Below are positions 59,725-64,000 of a DNA stretch of 64,000 nt, piece by piece. The stretch comes from an uncultured Candidatus Rokubacteria bacterium (GTDB lineage Bacteria > Methylomirabilota > Methylomirabilia > Rokubacteriales > DASRDR01), in assembly GCA_963826115.1 (NCBI GenBank), contig CAWGVS010000004.1:196373-260372 (forward strand). Reading direction: 5' to 3'. The translations under genes and the position numbers were made by a program. Below the pieces are notes generated by a model. It saw only the letters and a list, made by a program, of their open reading frames with translations. It searched no databases and had not been told where the DNA came from. How positions within the stretch are numbered: position 1 is the stretch's first letter; every line of letters starts with the position of its first letter.

Positions 59725-61224
59725 GTGAATCTCCGCTGGCGTCCCATTGTTCGAACCGGACTGGCAGTGCTGTCGCTGCTGGGGGCCGGCTCGGTCTTCG
59801 CGCAAGCCCCCCAGGCGCCGAAGCCTCCCCGAGAAGACCTGACCATCGATCCGCGAACGATCACGGAGCCCTGGACGGGCGATCTGGACCAGATGGTCGA
59901 GCGCCGGATCGTCCGCGTGCTGGTCGTGCCCAGCAAGACCTTCTATTTCAACGACAAGGGCACGCAGCGCGGGGTCACGTACGACGCATTCCAGCTGGTC
60001 GAGCGGGAGCTGCAGAAGCGGGTCGACCAGGACAAGACGCTCAAGCACAAGCACCTCAAGGTGAAGTTCTTCTATGTCTCCGTCAGTCGGGCCGAGATCT
60101 TTACCGCGCTGGCGCAGGGGAAGGGGGACATCGCGGCGGCGAACCTCAGCATCACGCCGTCCCGCGAGGCGATGGTGGATTTCACCACGCCGCACCTGAG
60201 CGACGTTCGCGAGGTCGTGGTCACGGGGCCAGCATCCCCCGTCCTGTCGACGCTCGACGACCTCGCGGGCCAGGAAGTGTTCGTGCGCAAGTCGTCGAGC
60301 TACTACGAGAGCCTGGTCACGCTGAACGCGCGCTTCGCCGCCGAGAACAAGCCGTTGATCAAGCTGAGGGAAGCCCCGGAGGAGCTCGAGGACGAGGATC
60401 TCATCGAGATGCTCAGCGCGGGGCTCGTGTCGACCCTCGTCGTCGACCAGCACATCGCCGACTTCTGGAAGAAGGTCTTCCCGAAGATCACGGTCCACGA
60501 CACGATTGCGGTGCAGACGGGCGGACACATCGCGTGGGCGACCCGCAAGGGCAGCCCGCAGCTCAAGGCCTTTCTGGACAGTGTGATCACCGCCGCCACG
60601 TCCGGACCCCTCGGGAAGCAGCGCGAGCAGATCCTCGCCCGGTACCTCAAGCGCCTCACCTACGTGAAGAACGCCGCTGCGGACGCTGAGCGCAAGAAGT
60701 TCGTGGAGCTGGTCGACCTGTTCCGAAAGTACGGCGACCGGTACGACGTGGATTGGGTGCTGATGGCGGCCCAAGGCTACCAGGAATCGAAGCTGGACCA
60801 GCAGGCCCGCAGCCGGGTGGGGGCCATCGGCGTGATGCAGGTGATGCCGGCGACGGGCAAGGAGCTGAACGTGGGTGACGTCACGCAGCTGGACCCGAAC
60901 ATCCATGCGGGCGTGAAGTACATGCGGTTCATGATCGAGAAGTACTACGAGAACGAGCCCATGACCAAGCTCGACAAGGCTCTCTTCACCTTCGCTTCCT
61001 ACAACGCGGGGCCGCGTCGGGTCTCGCAGCTGCGCAAGGAGGCGGCGAAGCGCGGCTACGACCCCAACGTCTGGTTCAACAACGTGGAGTACATTGCCGA
61101 GGAGAGGATCGGGCACGAAACGGTCACGTACGTGAGCAACATCTTCAAGTACTACGTCGCCTATCGCCTGATCGGGGAGGCGCTGGAGGAACGCCGGGGC
61201 GCTCGAGAATCTCAGGAACGGTGA
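59725..61224 (+). CDS. MltF-like protein (family-3 binding domain plus lytic transglycosylase)
   Basis: WTGDLD.M..RR..R.LV; AQ.YQES..D...S.VGA.G.MQ.MP.T; ASYNAGP; ET..YV. Confidence 0.88.
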   Translation: MNLRWRPIVRTGLAVLSLLGAGSVFAQAPQAPKPPREDLTIDPRTITEPWTGDLDQMVERRIVRVLVVPSKTFYFNDKGTQRGVTYDAFQLVERELQKRVDQDKTLKHKHLKVKFFYVSVSRAEIFTALAQGKGDIAAANLSITPSREAMVDFTTPHLSDVREVVVTGPASPVLSTLDDLAGQEVFVRKSSSYYESLVTLNARFAAENKPLIKLREAPEELEDEDLIEMLSAGLVSTLVVDQHIADFWKKVFPKITVHDTIAVQTGGHIAWATRKGSPQLKAFLDSVITAATSGPLGKQREQILARYLKRLTYVKNAAADAERKKFVELVDLFRKYGDRYDVDWVLMAAQGYQESKLDQQARSRVGAIGVMQVMPATGKELNVGDVTQLDPNIHAGVKYMRFMIEKYYENEPMTKLDKALFTFASYNAGPRRVSQLRKEAAKRGYDPNVWFNNVEYIAEERIGHETVTYVSNIFKYYVAYRLIGEALEERRGARESQER

Positions 61225-61678
61225 GAACGGTCGTCGAGCGCTCGGGGATTCGCGTGATGGCTCGACGATTTGTTTGCGCGGACTCTCCTCGAGTGCGCCT
61301 CGGCCGTGGTGATTCGCGGATGGCGAAGCGCTCGACCGGCCCGTCGCCGTCTCCTTGACGGACCCCTCCCGCCGGGTGGTGATGCCCGACGAACCAAGCC
61401 GTGACCTTGTTCGAGATCGACCCGACGGATTCTCTCGTGTGAGCACTGGCGAACGCCCGCCCGCACGACCCGGGGGGAGGCAGTGCCCCGCGGGGCCGAG
61501 CTCGAAGCATGCGGCGCCGAGGCGTCGACCACGTCGCGTATCTGTGCGGCGAAGGGCTCGACGTCTCGCACGGGAGCGCGGGTGTTTGACATGAAGCGGG
61601 TTCTCGGCCGGCTATCGGCCGTGCCGCGAGAGTGAGGCGCGAGGTCCACCCCCACCAATCGCAACGAGGAGCCTGGAC

Positions 61679-62485
61679 ATGCCCGAGATCCTGGAATCGG
61701 TCCGACCCATTCTGATCGCGTTCGCTCTCAAGGTGCTGGGAGCGATCGTCGCCTTCATCGTCGGCCGAAGGCTCATCGGCCTTGCCGCCCGGCTCGCCAT
61801 GCGTGCGCTCGAGCGGCAAAGGGTCGACCCGACGATCATCGGCTACTTGGGGACCGTCGTCACGGTCACGCTCAACGTCATTCTCGTCGTCGCGCTCCTC
61901 GGCTACTTCGGGATCGAGACCACCTCGTTTGCCGCCCTGGTGGCCGGTCTCGGTGTTGCGATTGGCGCGGCCTGGGGCGGGCTTCTGTCCAATTTCGCCG
62001 CCGGGACCTTCATCCTCGTGCTCCGGCCGTTCAAGGTCGGCGATTACGTCATGGCGGGTGACGTCGAGGGAGCCGTGCGGGCGATCGGCCTGTTCAGCAC
62101 CACGATCGACACCCCCGACAACGTTCAGACGCTGGTCGGGAACGCGAAGATCATGGGCGGAACGATCAAGAACTTCAGCGGCAATCCGTATCGCCGGGTG
62201 GAGTTGCTGGCGCAGATCGACCACAGCGTGGATCCGCTCGACGCGATCCGCCGCCTGAAGGCCGCGTTGGCGACGATTCCGAACGTGATCGCCGAGCCGA
62301 AGCCCGAAGTCGACATCTTGACGTTCAATGAGCGGGGACCGGTCCTTGCCGTGCGGCCCCACTGCAACAACGCGCACTACTGGCAGGTGTACTTCGACAC
62401 CAACGCGTCGATTCGCGCGACCTTCGGCGCGGCCGGGTATCCCGCGGCCGAGGCGCACGTCCACATGCGCCAGCGAGTAGCCTAG
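61679..62485 (+). CDS. mscS: Small-conductance mechanosensitive channel
   Basis: G.AIG.A..G.LSNFAAG......RPFKVGD.V, G.V..IG.F.T...TPDN. Confidence 0.92.
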   Translation: MPEILESVRPILIAFALKVLGAIVAFIVGRRLIGLAARLAMRALERQRVDPTIIGYLGTVVTVTLNVILVVALLGYFGIETTSFAALVAGLGVAIGAAWGGLLSNFAAGTFILVLRPFKVGDYVMAGDVEGAVRAIGLFSTTIDTPDNVQTLVGNAKIMGGTIKNFSGNPYRRVELLAQIDHSVDPLDAIRRLKAALATIPNVIAEPKPEVDILTFNERGPVLAVRPHCNNAHYWQVYFDTNASIRATFGAAGYPAAEAHVHMRQRVA

Positions 62486-62660
62486 GGGGGCGCCGCACCC
62501 GAAGACAGACGACGGAGAGACGGTCGCCTCGAGACCGGGTGCGTCATCCGAGCGCGGCGGCGAGTTTCGGGCCGCTGCCGGGAGCGCCGCTGACCCTAAG
62601 GGGCTCCGCCATACGCCGGGAGCGACACGACACGTCGGCGCGCGTGGTCCGGCGGCGGAA

Positions 62661-62785
62661 CGCCTCCGCGCCCTGGTAGGAGCGAGATCGCGCCGCTCGG
62701 CTCGATGGTGACAGGGAAGGCCGATGTCCGGATCGTCGCGGCGACCGACCGTGACCTGCACCCTCGGCCGCGGCCTGATCTCACC
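62661..62785 (+). pseudogene. Degenerate fragment of a sigma54 activator AAA+ domain
   Basis: From 62684 reads EIAPLGSMVTGKADVRIVAATDRDL, matching [25 protein letters not shown] of the 44837 activator; flanks frameshifted. Confidence 0.7.
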
Positions 62786-62905
62786 GTGGCCTTGACTCCA
62801 GGACCGATGCGAGGTATCCAGCCGTGAGCTACCGAGGACGATCCCAACACACAGGCCGGTACGAGGCGGCATGGACGCGCACCCAGTCTCCTAGGAGGAG
62901 ATGCC

Positions 62906-63181
62906 ATGACGCAGTTCCGGGAGTTCGGGATGGATGTCGTCTCAAGCGGCCCGCTCCTCGCCGGTCGGCACTCCCTCGCCTTGTGGCTACCGCCGAGGGC
63001 AATGGGCTCGCCGGCAGATCACGCGCGACCGATCGCCCGGATGCTCTCCCGGTCGTCTCATGCGGAAGACGGGCTCACCCGATCGATCCCGTGGTTTCTC
63101 TGCTCCGTCATCGGCTCCGCGCGGGAGCGCGCCGAGGGTGTCTTGTCGACCATCCCCTCCAATCAGGTCCCGCGGACATGA
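62906..63181 (+). CDS. Possible small hypothetical protein or gene remnant
   Basis: Strong SD AGGAGGAG; ATGA overlap with carbonic anhydrase; no recognisable motif. Confidence 0.3.
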   Translation: MTQFREFGMDVVSSGPLLAGRHSLALWLPPRAMGSPADHARPIARMLSRSSHAEDGLTRSIPWFLCSVIGSARERAEGVLSTIPSNQVPRT

Positions 63182-63798
63182 GCGCAGTCAGCAGTGTCGA
63201 ACCCTCCTATACGGGAGAGGAAGCGCTGGCCCGTCTTGTCGCCGGCAATCGGCGCTTCGTTCGCGGGCGCGCGCGATTCCCGACCGTGCAAAAGGAGATC
63301 CTCGCCAACCTCGCCAAGGGCCAGCACCCCTACGCGACGATCGTCGGCTGCAGTGACTCGCGTGTGCCGCCCGAGCTGGTCTTCGACGCCGGGTTTGGAG
63401 AGCTGTTCATCGTGCGCATCGCGGGCAACGTCATCTCGCCTGAGGTCATGGGTACGCTCCAGTACGCCGGGGTGCATTTGCATACGCCGCTCATCGTCGT
63501 GCTCGGCCACGAGGGTTGCGGGGCGGTGCAGGCGGCACTCGCCTTGAAGCTCAAGGGCGCGCGCGCGCGCGCGCGCATCGCGCTGCTCCTGGAAAGCATC
63601 CTGCCCGCATTGCACGACATCGATACGGAGCTGACGCCGCAGGACCAGCTCAAGGCGGCGGTCGAGGCCAATGTTCGCTGGTCGATGCGCCAATTGCTGG
63701 AGACGCCCGAAGGGCAGGCCCGAATGGCGGAAGGGGTCATGAGGCTCGTCGGCGCGGTCTACGAGCTGAATACCGGCCGCGTGCGGATCTTGTCCTGA
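63178..63798 (+). CDS. Beta-class carbonic anhydrase
   Basis: L..GN.RF, GQ.P, CSDSRV.PE..FD, R.AGN, HEGCGAV, G..Y.L.TG.V. Confidence 0.95.
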   Translation: MSAVSSVEPSYTGEEALARLVAGNRRFVRGRARFPTVQKEILANLAKGQHPYATIVGCSDSRVPPELVFDAGFGELFIVRIAGNVISPEVMGTLQYAGVHLHTPLIVVLGHEGCGAVQAALALKLKGARARARIALLLESILPALHDIDTELTPQDQLKAAVEANVRWSMRQLLETPEGQARMAEGVMRLVGAVYELNTGRVRILS

Positions 63799-64000
63799 AG
63801 CGCTGCCGGCCACGCCGTGCCGCGCCTGGCCGGGCGACGGCCCTCGCACCGCGATCTCGACGACGTGCTTCGAGCGGCGAGTGATTCGCGCCCTGGCCCC
63901 GGACCCGAGGATCCCGTGTCCGGCCCGGATGGGAGCCTGGGCGAGCGTCTCCTGAGCTACCGCGGGCGGCGCCGGTCTTGGCCTACGGAACCCCGGGCCA

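Noticed and set aside
63557-63576. (GC)10 run in carbonic anhydrase as a phase-variation or Z-DNA site
   Set aside because: In frame (GARARAR) and plausible by chance in very GC-rich Ala/Arg codons; no evidence of slippage

Overview
Very GC-rich bacterial DNA from a diderm (TamB/Omp85 and outer-membrane barrel genes present). The gene repertoire suggests Ca. Rokubacteria/Methylomirabilota, but that is an inference only. No rRNA, tRNA or CRISPR array was seen. 1-32 kb is mostly core or housekeeping: a RAPP-leader/OM-barrel/copC putative copper operon, M23 peptidase, HtrA, MscS-galU, the pncB-trpC-trpF-trpB-trpA-accD-folC-DUF72-DUF1989 operon, an ECF sigma/anti-sigma/DUF4139 locus, a D-amino-acid dehydrogenase and a polar amino-acid ABC transporter. 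A complete IS1202-like IS with an 18-bp target duplication sits at 32219-33562. It is followed by a sugar ABC/amidohydrolase unit and a methyltransferase/adenylating-enzyme trio. 41-64 kb looks accessory: a wHTH-STAND-TPR regulator bracketed by a duplicated 41-bp operator-like motif, a sensor-less sigma54 activator, a 43-aa-repeat secreted protein, and a sigma54-promoter-led envelope cluster (TM-helix protein, YSC84, TamB, frameshifted TamA-like Omp85, SurA-like, SemiSWEET-like, AI-2E, MltF-like, MscS, carbonic anhydrase). Best candidates for undescribed systems: (1) the RAPP arrest-peptide leader with an SD-sequestering switch over a copper-uptake pair, (2) the STAND regulator plus small protein with the duplicated operator feeding a sigma54 cascade, and (3) the ECF-DUF4139 regulon defined by two matching promoters. 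All product calls come from motif recognition by eye; no database searches were run.
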